Counted from the stretch's first letter, positions 20,318 through 31,324 are shown. The stretch is 64,000 bases of DNA from Candidatus Bathyarchaeia archaeon (GCA_049521795.1 JBEKOM010000001.1:448001-512000); one strand, 5' to 3'. Numbers and translations: made by a program. The notes: a model not told the origin generated them from the sequence alone.

Positions 20318-21061
20318 ATGACGTTCACTCAGGATGTGAAGAAGAAAGCAGAGCAAGCTGGTTTCGTAGCGGTCGGTGTCTCAAACCTGGACATGCTTCG
20401 CGAGCTGCCCTACGGAAAGATCAAATACGTAGGCACACTTAGGACCCCAGAAGAAGTAATGCCAGAAGTCAAATCAGTCATACTGATGGGCATTCATGCT
20501 TGGGACCCAGTGTTCAACGTCGTCGCAGACTCAACGAAACTTCATTTCAACAAGAAACAAAAGCCGAGCGTTTCTTTGGAGGGCTATCAACTGTACCATC
20601 AGATCGCGTCGAGCAAGGCTTGGAAAGTCGCTCAATTTCTGATGAAAAAGGGTTATGATTCGATTCCATCATTCAGCATTCCACTGAAAACCTCTGCCGT
20701 CAAGTGCGGCCTCGGCTGCCAAGGCAAGTGCACGTTGTTGGTGACTCCGACTTATGGACCGAGAGTCAGGCTGGTTTCACTGCTCACGACAGCGGAATTA
20801 GACGTAGATGAGCCTTTCAGAGAAGGACTATGTAAAAGCTGTGACAAATGTGTGCGGGCTTGTCCGGCTAAAGCAATTGAACCGTACAAGCTCAATGTCG
20901 ACAAGTGTATGGTGTACGCGTCTGAGAACCCGCGTTCAAGGAAAGTCCCTGATGAGACGAGAGAGTTGGAGAAGAGGCTTGTCAAGCGGCCGACTTCTAA
21001 CAGTTTCATAGAATGCTCCATATGCCTGGAAGCTTGTCCAATAGGAAAAACTGTAGGCTAA
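20318..21061 (+). CDS. Epoxyqueuosine reductase/reductive dehalogenase-like 4Fe-4S protein
   Basis: GLGCQGK, YGPRVRL, CKSCDKCVRACP and CSICLEACP Fe-S motifs. Confidence 0.8.
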   Translation: MTFTQDVKKKAEQAGFVAVGVSNLDMLRELPYGKIKYVGTLRTPEEVMPEVKSVILMGIHAWDPVFNVVADSTKLHFNKKQKPSVSLEGYQLYHQIASSKAWKVAQFLMKKGYDSIPSFSIPLKTSAVKCGLGCQGKCTLLVTPTYGPRVRLVSLLTTAELDVDEPFREGLCKSCDKCVRACPAKAIEPYKLNVDKCMVYASENPRSRKVPDETRELEKRLVKRPTSNSFIECSICLEACPIGKTVG

Positions 21062-21087
21062 TGCCATTTCATCCTTATCTTTTTTCA

Positions 21088-21819
21088 TTACTCCAAAGAA
21101 GCTGTGCGCGAAGCAATTGTGTTGGTTCTTTTTTCTGGTGGCACGCGCTTGAACATTTCGACATACGGGATTAGCGACGCGACAAGTTTGTTTTCGGCTT
21201 TCTTCAGATGCTCTTGATAAGTGGTTCTGGAAACTTTCTTCTTGTGTGCGATGTCCTGGACGTTGGCCTTTCTCGGCAGGTTGTAATAGCCGTTGCTGTA
21301 CGCAGTTAGCAATGCATCCATCTGTTTTTCTGTCAGGTCAGAAAATAGTGAATCCGCAGTCAAGGTAAGCGAACTTGCTATTAACCCTTCAAAATCGACT
21401 TTGCGGAGAATCTCGTATTCGATGCCTTTTTTCTCGAATCTTTGCATGAGAGCCCTCAGGTCTTCGTGTCTAAACACGATCATGCGGTAGTATTCCCAGC
21501 CGTGACGGTAGATTATCGGCGAGATTTGGAGAAGGTCGAATTCATCAAGTATTCTCGTCACCGAATCTTCGGCTTTGCAGAAGCATTTCTTCACGAAGAA
21601 ATGGGCGTTGTGGAGGTCGGATGACTTTTCGACCATTCCCTCTATTTTCGATATTTCATCAATCACAGCAGAATATCCGTTTGGTTCGTCGGTTATGACT
21701 TCGATTACATCATATTCTCTGTTGCACCAGCCGAACATTTTCAAGCGCGGATATTTCTTCGATATGTTGCAGTAAGTGCAGTCGTGAGTTGCCTTGAATG
21801 CGACCTCAGACAGCGTCAT
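21088..21819 (-). CDS. Bat-type (HTH_10) transcriptional regulator
   Basis: C-terminal LTEKQMDALLTAYSNGYYNLPRK...SRTTYQEHLKKAENKL, the bacterio-opsin activator HTH signature. Confidence 0.9.
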   Translation of the reverse strand: MTLSEVAFKATHDCTYCNISKKYPRLKMFGWCNREYDVIEVITDEPNGYSAVIDEISKIEGMVEKSSDLHNAHFFVKKCFCKAEDSVTRILDEFDLLQISPIIYRHGWEYYRMIVFRHEDLRALMQRFEKKGIEYEILRKVDFEGLIASSLTLTADSLFSDLTEKQMDALLTAYSNGYYNLPRKANVQDIAHKKKVSRTTYQEHLKKAENKLVASLIPYVEMFKRVPPEKRTNTIASRTASLE

Positions 21820-21857
21820 AAAAGAGATCTAATCGTCCTCATATTTAGCGGTTAACA

Positions 21858-21875
21858 CGTCACGTGACGGCATAA
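21858..21875. promoter_or_regulatory. Putative palindromic operator, copy 2 (CGTCACGTGACG)
   Basis: Perfect 12-bp palindrome at 21858-21869, about 40 bp upstream of the HTH_10 regulator start. It shares 16 identical bases with 19873-19888. Confidence 0.6.
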
Positions 21876-22034
21876 TACCCAAACGACCGCGTTCGAACTG
21901 GCTGCGCGCGGCCGCCGAATCTTAAACCTTTCCGTATCATTCCCCAGAATGGAAAGTGGGTTTTGCGGGAAGTGACAGTTAATCTTAAAACTAAGATGTG
22001 GAAGAGTAACAGCATTGCAATAAGGTGAACAAAC

Positions 22035-22445
22035 ATGGTGAAAGTAGAAGGATACGAAGTTCCTGAAGGACTATACTACACGAAAGAATTCGAATGGCTC
22101 AAGGTTGAAGGTGACAAGGTCCGCATAGGCGTCACAGACTACGCTCAGAAACAACTCAGAGAGATCGTCTACGCAGAACTGCCGAGTCCGGGGACAACGA
22201 CGAAGCAGAACGAGCCGTATGGCACTGTGGAGTCGGTGAAAGCCGTCTCAGACTTGGTCGCGCCCGTAAGCGGAACGATAGAGGAAGTGAACGCAGAGGT
22301 CCAGTCGAAGCCTGAACTGTTGAACGAAGACCCGTACGTGAAAGGCTGGCTAATAATTATGAAACCGTCAGACCTGCAAGCAGAGCTGGCTAACCTCATG
22401 GACTTCAACAAGGCCGTCGAATGGCACAAGACGCTGAAGAAATGA
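22035..22445 (+). CDS. gcvH: Glycine cleavage system H protein (lipoyl carrier)
   Basis: GVTDYAQKQL, VESVKAVS (lipoyl-Lys), LLNEDPY..GW. Confidence 0.95.
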   Translation: MVKVEGYEVPEGLYYTKEFEWLKVEGDKVRIGVTDYAQKQLREIVYAELPSPGTTTKQNEPYGTVESVKAVSDLVAPVSGTIEEVNAEVQSKPELLNEDPYVKGWLIIMKPSDLQAELANLMDFNKAVEWHKTLKK

Positions 22446-22455
22446 AGGACCATAA

Positions 22456-23802
22456 ATGCCTAAGCGCATAGTAATCATCGGTGCACACGCAGCAGGCGTG
22501 GACGCCGCCTCAGCCGCCAGAAAAACGGATCGGCAAGCAGAAATAACAATGATAACTGAAGAGAAACATGCTGGTTACTCGCGCTGCGGACTGCCCTTCG
22601 TCATAGGCGGCCAGATCCCGAGCTTCAATGACCTGATAGTTTTTTCCCCAGCATACTTTCAAATGATGAAGATCAACCTCAAAACCGAAACGAAAGCCAC
22701 GGCTGTAAACACACAAAACAAGACTGTCGACACGACGGACAAGGACGGCAAGACTGAAACATTACAGTACGACAGCCTGATAATAGCCACGGGTGCCAGC
22801 TCGTTTACGCCTCCGATAAAGGGCAGGGAGAAGCAGGGTGTGAGTTCTCTCCGAACGTTAGACGATGGCGAGAAGATTGATGAGGCGATCAAGAAAGGAG
22901 CAAAGACAGCCGTTGTCATGGGTGCAGGTCTGATCGGGCTTGAAATGGCAGTGGCACTTCACGAAAGAGGGTTGAAAGTGACAGTTGTGGAGATGCTGCC
23001 TCAGGTGCTGCCGTTGCCGCTTGACGCTGAAATGGCGAAGATGCTTCAAGACTTGCTTGAGCAAAAAGGAATAACTGTGCTCACCGGAAAAACCGTCGAA
23101 GAGTTCCTGGGAACCGACAAGGTGACAAGTATCAAGGCAGGCGGAGAGCAGATTAACGCAGACCTGTTCGTGAGCGCCTTCGGAGTGAGGTCAAACACGC
23201 AACTCGCCGTCAACGCTGGCATAGCCTTAGGTGAAACCAAAGCCATCAGAACAAACGCGCGAATGGAAACAAACATCAAAGACGTCTACGCGATAGGCGA
23301 CTGTGCAGAAACCTTTGGCATAACAACGCAGAGACCAGTGCTGCCACAGCTCGGCACGGTGGCGGTGAGAACGGGAAAGATAGCAGGCATCAACGCTGCA
23401 GGAGGATACTCCCTCTTCACAGGCGCCTTAGGCTCAGCGGTTTCAAGGCTGTTTGACACGGACTGCGGTTGGACAGGGTTGACAGAAGCAGCTGCAAAAA
23501 GGGCAAGCATAGAAGTGGTCTCTGGCACGATTTCTTCAAAGACCAAGGCTGACTACTATCCAGGTGCTCTGCCGATAAAGGTCAAGCTTGTCGTTGAGAA
23601 AGAGTCGCAGAGAATAATCGGCGCACAGATCATCGGCGGAGAAGAAGTCACTCAGCGCATCAACGCCATATCCTTAGCAATACAGAGGGGAATGACCGCA
23701 AGAGACCTTTCAAAGGCAGACACTGCGTACGCACCGCCCGTGTGCGAGACTTGGGAGCCGATGGTTCTAGCCGCAGAAATGGTGCTGATGAAGCTCCGTT
23801 AG
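22456..23802 (+). CDS. FAD-dependent pyridine nucleotide-disulfide oxidoreductase, NADH oxidase/CoA-disulfide reductase family
   Basis: Single redox Cys in YSRCGLP, GAGLIGLE, YAIGDCAE, YAPP. Confidence 0.9.
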   Translation: MPKRIVIIGAHAAGVDAASAARKTDRQAEITMITEEKHAGYSRCGLPFVIGGQIPSFNDLIVFSPAYFQMMKINLKTETKATAVNTQNKTVDTTDKDGKTETLQYDSLIIATGASSFTPPIKGREKQGVSSLRTLDDGEKIDEAIKKGAKTAVVMGAGLIGLEMAVALHERGLKVTVVEMLPQVLPLPLDAEMAKMLQDLLEQKGITVLTGKTVEEFLGTDKVTSIKAGGEQINADLFVSAFGVRSNTQLAVNAGIALGETKAIRTNARMETNIKDVYAIGDCAETFGITTQRPVLPQLGTVAVRTGKIAGINAAGGYSLFTGALGSAVSRLFDTDCGWTGLTEAAAKRASIEVVSGTISSKTKADYYPGALPIKVKLVVEKESQRIIGAQIIGGEEVTQRINAISLAIQRGMTARDLSKADTAYAPPVCETWEPMVLAAEMVLMKLR

Positions 23803-23844
23803 CATCCACTCATTTCTTCATCAGAAAGCAAGTCGGAAACTTAA

Positions 23845-24903
<1,059 letters not shown>

Positions 24904-24961
24904 CCCGAACCTGACGAGTGAAATCAAACATTTTCCGCCATTATTTTTTTCCTATTGTTAG

Positions 24962-26203
24962 GTGTTGGAAAACATGCCGAAGTTCCTCACGTTGGATGAT
25001 GTGAAGGTCAAGGACAAAGTTGTACTCGTGAGGGTTGACTTCAACTCGGCGATAGACCCTAAGACTCAGAAGATCTTGGAAGACGCGAGGATTCGAGCTC
25101 ATGCTGAAACAACGATCAAAGAGCTTTCCGACAAAGGCGCAAGAGTCGTGATCCTGGCGCATCAGGGACGCAAAGGAGACCCAGATTTTATTCCATTGAA
25201 GCAACATGCTGAGATTCTGGGCAAAATCTTGAAGAAACCAGTCAAGTATGTTGATGACCTTTTCGGAGAAAAAGCGAAGACCGCTATAAAGAACTTGAAG
25301 AGCGGCGAGATTCTCGTTCTGGAGAACGTGAGGACGTTTGCCGGTGAAACCAAAGATGGATCGCCGGAAGATCATGCGAAGACAGAGCTTGTCAAAAACC
25401 TTGCTCCACTGGCGGACCTTTTCGTGAACGATGCCTTCGCAGCTGCACACAGAGCGCACGTGTCAATGGTTGGCTTCACCGCCGTATTGCCCAGTGCCGC
25501 AGGTCGCATAATGGAGAGAGAACTGAAATCGCTCAGCAAAGTGTTGGAGAACCCGGAAAAACCTTGCATCTTCATACTTGGAGGAGCCAAAGCGGACGAC
25601 TCCCTTGAAATTTCCAAGTACGTATTGGACAAAGAAATAGCCAGCAACGTGCTCACAGGAGGAGTCGTAGGCCAAGTGTTCTTAGCGGCTGAAGGCGTAG
25701 ACCTCGGCAAACCGAACATGGAATACTTGAAGAAAAAGGAGCTCATGAATTTCTTGCCGGGCATTAAAGAGCTCTTTAGAAAATACCCAGACAGAATTAA
25801 GACACCACAGGATTTGGCCGTTGAAGTGCATGGCAAAAGAAAAGAGATATCCATCAACGAACTACCCACAGAATATCCGACTTACGACATCGGGACAAAA
25901 ACGGTCGATGACTATGCTAAGATCATAAGAAATGCTAAATCAATCGTCATCAGCGGACCGATGGGAGTTTATGAGAACAAGGAGTTCAGTTTTGGAACGA
26001 AGAGGATTCTTGAAGAGATCGCGAATTCTAAAGCGTTCTCTCTGGCCGGAGGAGGACACACGATATCGGCCATTGAAGAGTTTGGGTTAACAAAGAAAAT
26101 ATCGTACATCAGCACGGCCGGCGGAGCGCTGATAGAGTTTCTGATGGGCAAGAAGCTTCCAGGCGTCGCAGCACTGGAAAAAGCGGCGGCAAGAACAGCT
26201 TAA
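24962..26203 (+). CDS. pgk: Phosphoglycerate kinase (archaeal-type)
   Basis: VRVDFNS, AHQGR, LENVR, NDAFAAAHRAH, GGAKADD, GGGH, ISTAGGA. Confidence 0.97.
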   Translation: MLENMPKFLTLDDVKVKDKVVLVRVDFNSAIDPKTQKILEDARIRAHAETTIKELSDKGARVVILAHQGRKGDPDFIPLKQHAEILGKILKKPVKYVDDLFGEKAKTAIKNLKSGEILVLENVRTFAGETKDGSPEDHAKTELVKNLAPLADLFVNDAFAAAHRAHVSMVGFTAVLPSAAGRIMERELKSLSKVLENPEKPCIFILGGAKADDSLEISKYVLDKEIASNVLTGGVVGQVFLAAEGVDLGKPNMEYLKKKELMNFLPGIKELFRKYPDRIKTPQDLAVEVHGKRKEISINELPTEYPTYDIGTKTVDDYAKIIRNAKSIVISGPMGVYENKEFSFGTKRILEEIANSKAFSLAGGGHTISAIEEFGLTKKISYISTAGGALIEFLMGKKLPGVAALEKAAARTA

Positions 26204-26270
26204 GACCATCATGCTGTTTCCAGTGGCGCCCGTCACTGTCGTTTTATGGAGTGTGCTCTCGCAACGGTCG

Positions 26271-26282
26271 TAGCGCGCGCTA
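26271..26282. repeat. Dispersed palindromic (GC)n motif TAGCGCGCGCTA at the left edge of the island
   Basis: Perfect 12-bp palindrome just after pgk. Related copies at 32643, 33878, 35652, 36973, 36992, 37755, 39930, 41456 and 42743. Confidence 0.6.
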
Positions 26283-26392
26283 AAGACGGAGTTCGGAGGC
26301 AAACGATCGCTAGACGACTGATATCCGGATTGAAGCTTGTCTGACAAGTGTTAAATTCTGCAAGGACAACTGTGCGCATGTGAGGCGTTTGT

Positions 26393-26704
26393 TTGAATAA
26401 GGAAGCGGGTCGTGTGAAAATCACTGTGCTCAAACGGTTTGACACCAAAGAGGTATTCAAAGTCCCTCCAGTCAAGGCAAAGTACAGTGGCCCATGCCCC
26501 ATCTTCAAGGAAGGACAGGTTTTCCATATTGATGATAGAATGCCAAGCGGGTTTTGCCCCTATGCTTGGGACGTAATCTTCGGGGGAGTTGTGACGCTCA
26601 AGTCCAACGGCAACTTCAGCGATTGGTATGATGAACCTGGAGTTGCAGTAGTGAGTTGTCCAGACGGATTAAGACCCGTTATTTTCAAGCTAGAGCGAAA
26701 ATAG
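26393..26704 (+). CDS. TIGR04076-family protein
   Basis: KITVLK...CPIFKEGQVF...GFCPYAW...SCPDGLRPVIFKLER. Confidence 0.85.
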   Translation: MNKEAGRVKITVLKRFDTKEVFKVPPVKAKYSGPCPIFKEGQVFHIDDRMPSGFCPYAWDVIFGGVVTLKSNGNFSDWYDEPGVAVVSCPDGLRPVIFKLERK

Positions 26705-27074
26705 ACAGAGTCTTCCTCAACGTGTCTTCATAAGGCACATTAAAACCCTAATACCTATTGAAGAATTCATCCTCTGAAGACCGCGCTCACGAAACATGGC
26801 CACCTCTTTCTTGAGAAACCCTTTTCTCATAAGAACCGCATTCGTTCCTTAGTGCGAAACTGGTACCTGCGAAGTGGGTACTCGTGGGGTAAGTTTGTCG
26901 TTATTAGACGTTGACTCTGAGGGTCAAATGAACTGTTTGAACGTCAAAGAATGCGAGGCATGGCTACCCGTATTTCGCAAGGGTTGAGAAGATGTATCGG
27001 ATGTAAAAGTAATTTGTTTATACGATACTTTTTTTATATCGGTTAACTCATAGAGGGATCGTGGAAATGTCATC

Positions 27075-28001
27075 ATGCAGATGCTGAAGCCCAAGATATA
27101 CTCGCGGATACTTTCGAAAAAGAGGGCTTTGGACAGACTTCGCCCCCTGCCTTCTCAGTTTGTCAAAAAACTGTGGGAACAGATGCAGATCGAGTTTGCG
27201 TACAACTCTAATGCCATCGAGGGCAACACTCTTTCGCTTAGAGAAACTCAGCTCGTCATTCAAGAGGGAATAACGATTCGTGGAAAGAGCCTGAGAGAAC
27301 ATTTGGAGGCGAGAAACCATCCAGATGCCATTGACTATGTGGAAAAACTCGCCCGAAAGAAGACAGCAATCAGGCAAGACGATGTTTTGAGGGTGCATGT
27401 ACTTCTTATGCGCGGCATAAATGATGAAAACGCAGGGAAGTATAGAAGTGGTCAAGTTAGGGTTGCGGGTGCGACTTTCATGCCGCTCTCAGCGGAAAAA
27501 ATCCCGTCGTTGATAAGCGAGCTTCTGCAGACGCTCAACCAAAACCCGGACGAATTAAGGCCGATTGAACTGGCGGCTTTTTTCCATCACAGGTTCGTCT
27601 ATATACATCCTTTTCTGGACGGAAATGGCAGAACTGCAAGGCTTCTAATGAATGTCGTTCTATTGAGAACCGGGTATCCGTTTACGGTCCTCCTTAGAGT
27701 AGATCGACCGAAATATTTGAGAGCATTAGGTGAAGCAGATAACGGAAATTTGATTCCTTTCGCAAATTTCGTGGCCAGCTGTGTTGAGAGGTCGCTTGAC
27801 ATTTACCTTCTTGCGTTTGGAAAAGAAGCAGAAATACTGACTCTGACCGAAGCGAGCAAACTCACGCCCTATACACAAGAATACTTGAGCCTATTGGCCC
27901 GAAAGGGCAGCACAGGAGCCTTCAAACTCCGCAGAAACTGGGTCATAACAAAAAAGGCTTTAGACGAATACCTTAAAGCACATCCGAGAAATCCCTCATA
28001 A
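27075..28001 (+). CDS. Fic family protein (class II, autoinhibited) with a C-terminal helix-turn-helix
   Basis: Canonical HPFLDGNGRTAR, inhibitory SNAIEGN motif, and an excisionase-like C-terminal HTH (LTLTEASK...YLSLLARKG...NWVIT). Confidence 0.92.
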   Translation: MQMLKPKIYSRILSKKRALDRLRPLPSQFVKKLWEQMQIEFAYNSNAIEGNTLSLRETQLVIQEGITIRGKSLREHLEARNHPDAIDYVEKLARKKTAIRQDDVLRVHVLLMRGINDENAGKYRSGQVRVAGATFMPLSAEKIPSLISELLQTLNQNPDELRPIELAAFFHHRFVYIHPFLDGNGRTARLLMNVVLLRTGYPFTVLLRVDRPKYLRALGEADNGNLIPFANFVASCVERSLDIYLLAFGKEAEILTLTEASKLTPYTQEYLSLLARKGSTGAFKLRRNWVITKKALDEYLKAHPRNPS

Positions 28002-28080
28002 GAATTCAAACGAGACTTTCAAAACGATGTTCATAACAAATATAAACGCGAGTCTGCATAAACGATTGCGGGGCTTGATT

Positions 28081-28275
28081 GTGAGCGTTGAAGTGTTGAA
28101 GGACATTAAGAATGAGCTGAAAGAACTGAGGATTCTCTACAAGGAGCTGGTGGAAAAACTGATACCAGTCGAAGTGCCCACAAGTGAAGAAAAGAGGGCT
28201 ATTGAAGAAAAAGGTGAAATTGCCAGCGAAAGAGAAATGATGAAGGCTCTGGGCAAGACACATGTTCGCCGTTAG
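28081..28275 (+). CDS. Putative antitoxin of the RelE-type TA pair
   Basis: Small charged ORF overlapping the toxin start. PTSEEKRAIEE...SEREMMKAL tail typical of archaeal RelB-like antitoxins. Confidence 0.7.
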   Translation: MSVEVLKDIKNELKELRILYKELVEKLIPVEVPTSEEKRAIEEKGEIASEREMMKALGKTHVRR

Positions 28276-28525
28276 CATAAAGAGGAAAGCCCTGAGAAAC
28301 TCAGAGAAACTGGACAAGAAGCAAAAACAAAGAATAGCAACAATTATCATGATTCTGAAAAAAGACCCGATTCCATACAGGAAAGCCGACATCTGCAAAC
28401 TGAAGGGCTATGAAAGCATATATAGGATCAGAATGGGAGACTTGAGAATCGTTTACCAGGTCTCTTGGAACGAAAGGATAATACTCATTCATTACATCGG
28501 GCCAAGAGAAAGAGCCTATGAATAA
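28262..28525 (+). CDS. RelE/ParE family toxin
   Basis: KLKGYESIYRIRMGDLRIVY...IGPRERAY. Confidence 0.9.
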   Translation: MFAVSIKRKALRNSEKLDKKQKQRIATIIMILKKDPIPYRKADICKLKGYESIYRIRMGDLRIVYQVSWNERIILIHYIGPRERAYE

Positions 28526-28780
28526 GAGGATGAAACGATCGCTCCACAATCGCTTTGGCAGTTGGTTCACCTATTTGAGGAAGAAACAAAGAAGGAATCT
28601 CGGCAGAAATCTCTAATCCTTCATAACGCCCGTATTCACAGTTGCCTCGCGGGCTTACATTCCGAGTAATGACATACAAACTTGATGTTATCCCGTTTAG
28701 CGTCGCACTCTTTCTGGGTATAATGCGCGAATATCTCACACATACTTCAGGAAAGAAGTTGCCCCTGTGGGGCGATTGAT

Positions 28781-28987
28781 TTACGGTTTTGGTCTTCTTC
28801 GTCTGAAAGTGTCAATCAGCTGAATGGTTCTTAACGACAAGACAAGAACCATGAGCAAGAATAGGCTGACAGCAACGAGGGTCCAATCGTGATAAGCATA
28901 GAAGATGACCAGTGCGATTATCAAGGCAGTCAAAGCTGTAGCCACTAAGGAAAGGGGAACTCCGTGTGCGCGCACCCGAGTCAACAT
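28781..28987 (-). CDS. Small two-TM membrane protein
   Basis: Two hydrophobic helices, basic tail, GGAG ribosome-binding site upstream. Confidence 0.55.
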   Translation of the reverse strand: MLTRVRAHGVPLSLVATALTALIIALVIFYAYHDWTLVAVSLFLLMVLVLSLRTIQLIDTFRRRRPKP

Positions 28988-29017
28988 CTCCTTTGGGTCT
29001 AGAAGAATGATGCGAGC

Positions 29018-29854
29018 CTAGTCTTTTCTGGAGACGAAGATCAGTTCTTTCGCTTCGGGTTTCCTTGGCGGCTTGATCTTCCAGTCGGGGTAGCAGTTGA
29101 TCTCTTTGAAGCCTGTTGCCTGAAGGTAGTGGACGATGTCCCAGTAGGTGAAGAGCCGCTCGCGTTCGCGGTCTCGGAAGACGTGTGTGCCATCGGGAGC
29201 CTCGATTATGCTAGTCTCCTGGTCCCAAGCCGCACAATGGATCGGATCAAAGTCATGGCGTCGACAGATAGTCGTGATGCGTACACCGCGAGCGTGGGAT
29301 TCTTCAACATGAAGCCCTTTACGGATCAACTCTGAGAACCAGCCCTTACCCGCATACAAAGAATTGTAGATGTTGCAGACGAGTATGCCGCCTGACCTTA
29401 GGGCGCGGTGGATCTGGCGCAGACTGTTCACAACGTCATCATCGTTTGGAAGGAGAAAGAGTATGTAGAGTGCAAGCCCTGCGTCAAACTCATTCTGATA
29501 CTCTAGTCTCGTAGCATCACCCTTCAATAGCTTCAGGGAAACTCCTTCACGTTTGGCTCTGGCTTTGGCTATCTCGACTCTTTCAGGAGTGTAGTCTAGT
29601 CCAGTGCATCGGTAGCCTCGGTGCGCGAGCCCGACTATGTGTCGGCCGTTTCCACACGCAACGTCCAATACGTCCTTAACTGGATGGGTAGCATGAGTGC
29701 GGCAGGTAGATTCAAGGAAGTCGAGCTGACGTTTTGTGGTTTCAGCGGTTCGTCGCTGTCGCTGAGCCAGAAGGTCTTCGTAGTAGGCTAGGTGAGTGTA
29801 GTAAGCGCGAGAGGCTTTCAGAACAGTCTCTCTTGTGTTTTCGTTTTGGTTCAT
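29018..29854 (-). CDS. Class I SAM-dependent methyltransferase
   Basis: VLDVACGNGRH, TGLD, KGDAT, ALRSGGIL. Confidence 0.9.
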   Translation of the reverse strand: MNQNENTRETVLKASRAYYTHLAYYEDLLAQRQRRTAETTKRQLDFLESTCRTHATHPVKDVLDVACGNGRHIVGLAHRGYRCTGLDYTPERVEIAKARAKREGVSLKLLKGDATRLEYQNEFDAGLALYILFLLPNDDDVVNSLRQIHRALRSGGILVCNIYNSLYAGKGWFSELIRKGLHVEESHARGVRITTICRRHDFDPIHCAAWDQETSIIEAPDGTHVFRDRERERLFTYWDIVHYLQATGFKEINCYPDWKIKPPRKPEAKELIFVSRKD

Positions 29855-30064
29855 GATGTCAGGTCTGATTCCCCTCGGAATATAAGATTTCTGAGAGGCA
29901 GCAGATTGAAATTGCGTGCCAAGGCCTAAGCGCGCTGGTCAGAAAAGGGAAATGGTCAGAACCGTTGGAGGTTTGTCTGTAGTGCGATGGTGAGACCTCT
30001 CACTCAACTTCGGGTTAAGAGATGTGTCCTTTGGGCTGTTCATAAGAATTTTCCAACATTGTCT

Positions 30065-31324
30065 CTAAAACTGCAGTTTTCTTGCGGAGCCTTCTCTCAC
30101 GTCACCGGCCAGTATGAGGGCGGTCCTTTCCGGTCTGGACATTTCTGCGACATTCTTTTTGAATTCGCTGAATTCCAGTGTTTCAAGCTGCGCGGATAGT
30201 TCGTCCCATCCGCAGTGTCCTCTTCTGAGGGTTTCCCATGCGCCTTGGAGTGTTCTATACATCATTGTGTTGTCGATGTTTGTTGCGAGTAAGCCGATTG
30301 CGTGGTTGCGGGCGTTTTCGAAGTGTTCCTTGAACGTGTCTGTGTCTTCTCTCAGCTCGCTCAGTGTTTCAATCAAGATGTTTAAGACTCTTGATGCCTT
30401 GTCTGGCCGCGTGGCGAACGTTGTGAATAGCATGCCAGCTTCCTTGTAGCACGATGTGACCGTGCGGAGTTTGTCGGTGAGCTGCGCTTCCAAGACGAGG
30501 CGTCGGCGCAGTATTGATGATTGACCAGAGGAGAGCATGGACCCGAGAATCTGAAGCGATGCCCTTTCTTCCGCGGAGCCTGTTTGGCCGCTTAGTGCCA
30601 GACCGACTTGGAGAAGTTTTATCGGGCGGCGAAGCTCTGTTGCTGAGGGCCCTTGAGGCTGAAACTTCTTGTAGGAGATAGCTGGGCCCTTCACGCTTCT
30701 CGTCCAGTAGTCGTGATTCTTGACGCAGTCGATGACGTTCTCCAATGTTAGGTCGCCGGAGACCCATACGACCGTGTTAGATGGGCTGTAGAGGGAGCGG
30801 AAATAATCGTGCATTTTGGAGTGTGTTATGGCTTTTATGGTTTCTTCGGAGCCGATCACCGTCGTAGACAGGGGATGTTCTTTGAACAGGGTCAGTGTGG
30901 CGGTCTTATCAACGAGGGAGTCAGGGTTGTCTTCCGTGATGAAGTATTCGCTGAGGATGACGCCTCTTTCGCATTCGAACTCTTCGGGTTCGATGGAAGC
31001 CTCGGACAAGAGGTGCAGCCAGAGGTCGAGCACTCTGATGGAGTATTTCTTGGGGCATTCTGCGACGTATACTGTTGTGTCGACCTCGGTCATGGCGTTG
31101 TTTCTGGCGCCGAGCTTCTCAAAGGTCGCGTCAACATTCTTGACGGTTTTTGTTCCTTTGAAGATCATATGCTCAAGGTAGTGCGAGATTCCGGATACAT
31201 GAGGTTCCTCGGTGCGGCCTCCTACTGGGAAACCGACGGCGACGCCCGCCGACTTTGCCTTGGGCAGTTTTTCTAGGACTAGTTGCAGTCCGTTGGAGAA
31301 CTTGTGAGTTTCAGTGTCGGTCAT
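30065..31324 (-). CDS. M16 (pitrilysin/insulinase) zinc peptidase, catalytic subunit
   Basis: GISHYLEHMIFKGT (HxxEH), NAMT, ERGVILSE. Confidence 0.92.
   Translation of the reverse strand: MTDTETHKFSNGLQLVLEKLPKAKSAGVAVGFPVGGRTEEPHVSGISHYLEHMIFKGTKTVKNVDATFEKLGARNNAMTEVDTTVYVAECPKKYSIRVLDLWLHLLSEASIEPEEFECERGVILSEYFITEDNPDSLVDKTATLTLFKEHPLSTTVIGSEETIKAITHSKMHDYFRSLYSPSNTVVWVSGDLTLENVIDCVKNHDYWTRSVKGPAISYKKFQPQGPSATELRRPIKLLQVGLALSGQTGSAEERASLQILGSMLSSGQSSILRRRLVLEAQLTDKLRTVTSCYKEAGMLFTTFATRPDKASRVLNILIETLSELREDTDTFKEHFENARNHAIGLLATNIDNTMMYRTLQGAWETLRRGHCGWDELSAQLETLEFSEFKKNVAEMSRPERTALILAGDVREGSARKLQF

Noticed and set aside
26700-27070. Possible structured RNA or attachment site upstream of the Fic gene
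   Set aside because: Only short stems (for example TTGACTC-TGA-GGGTCAA) are present, with no family resemblance or repeat partner.
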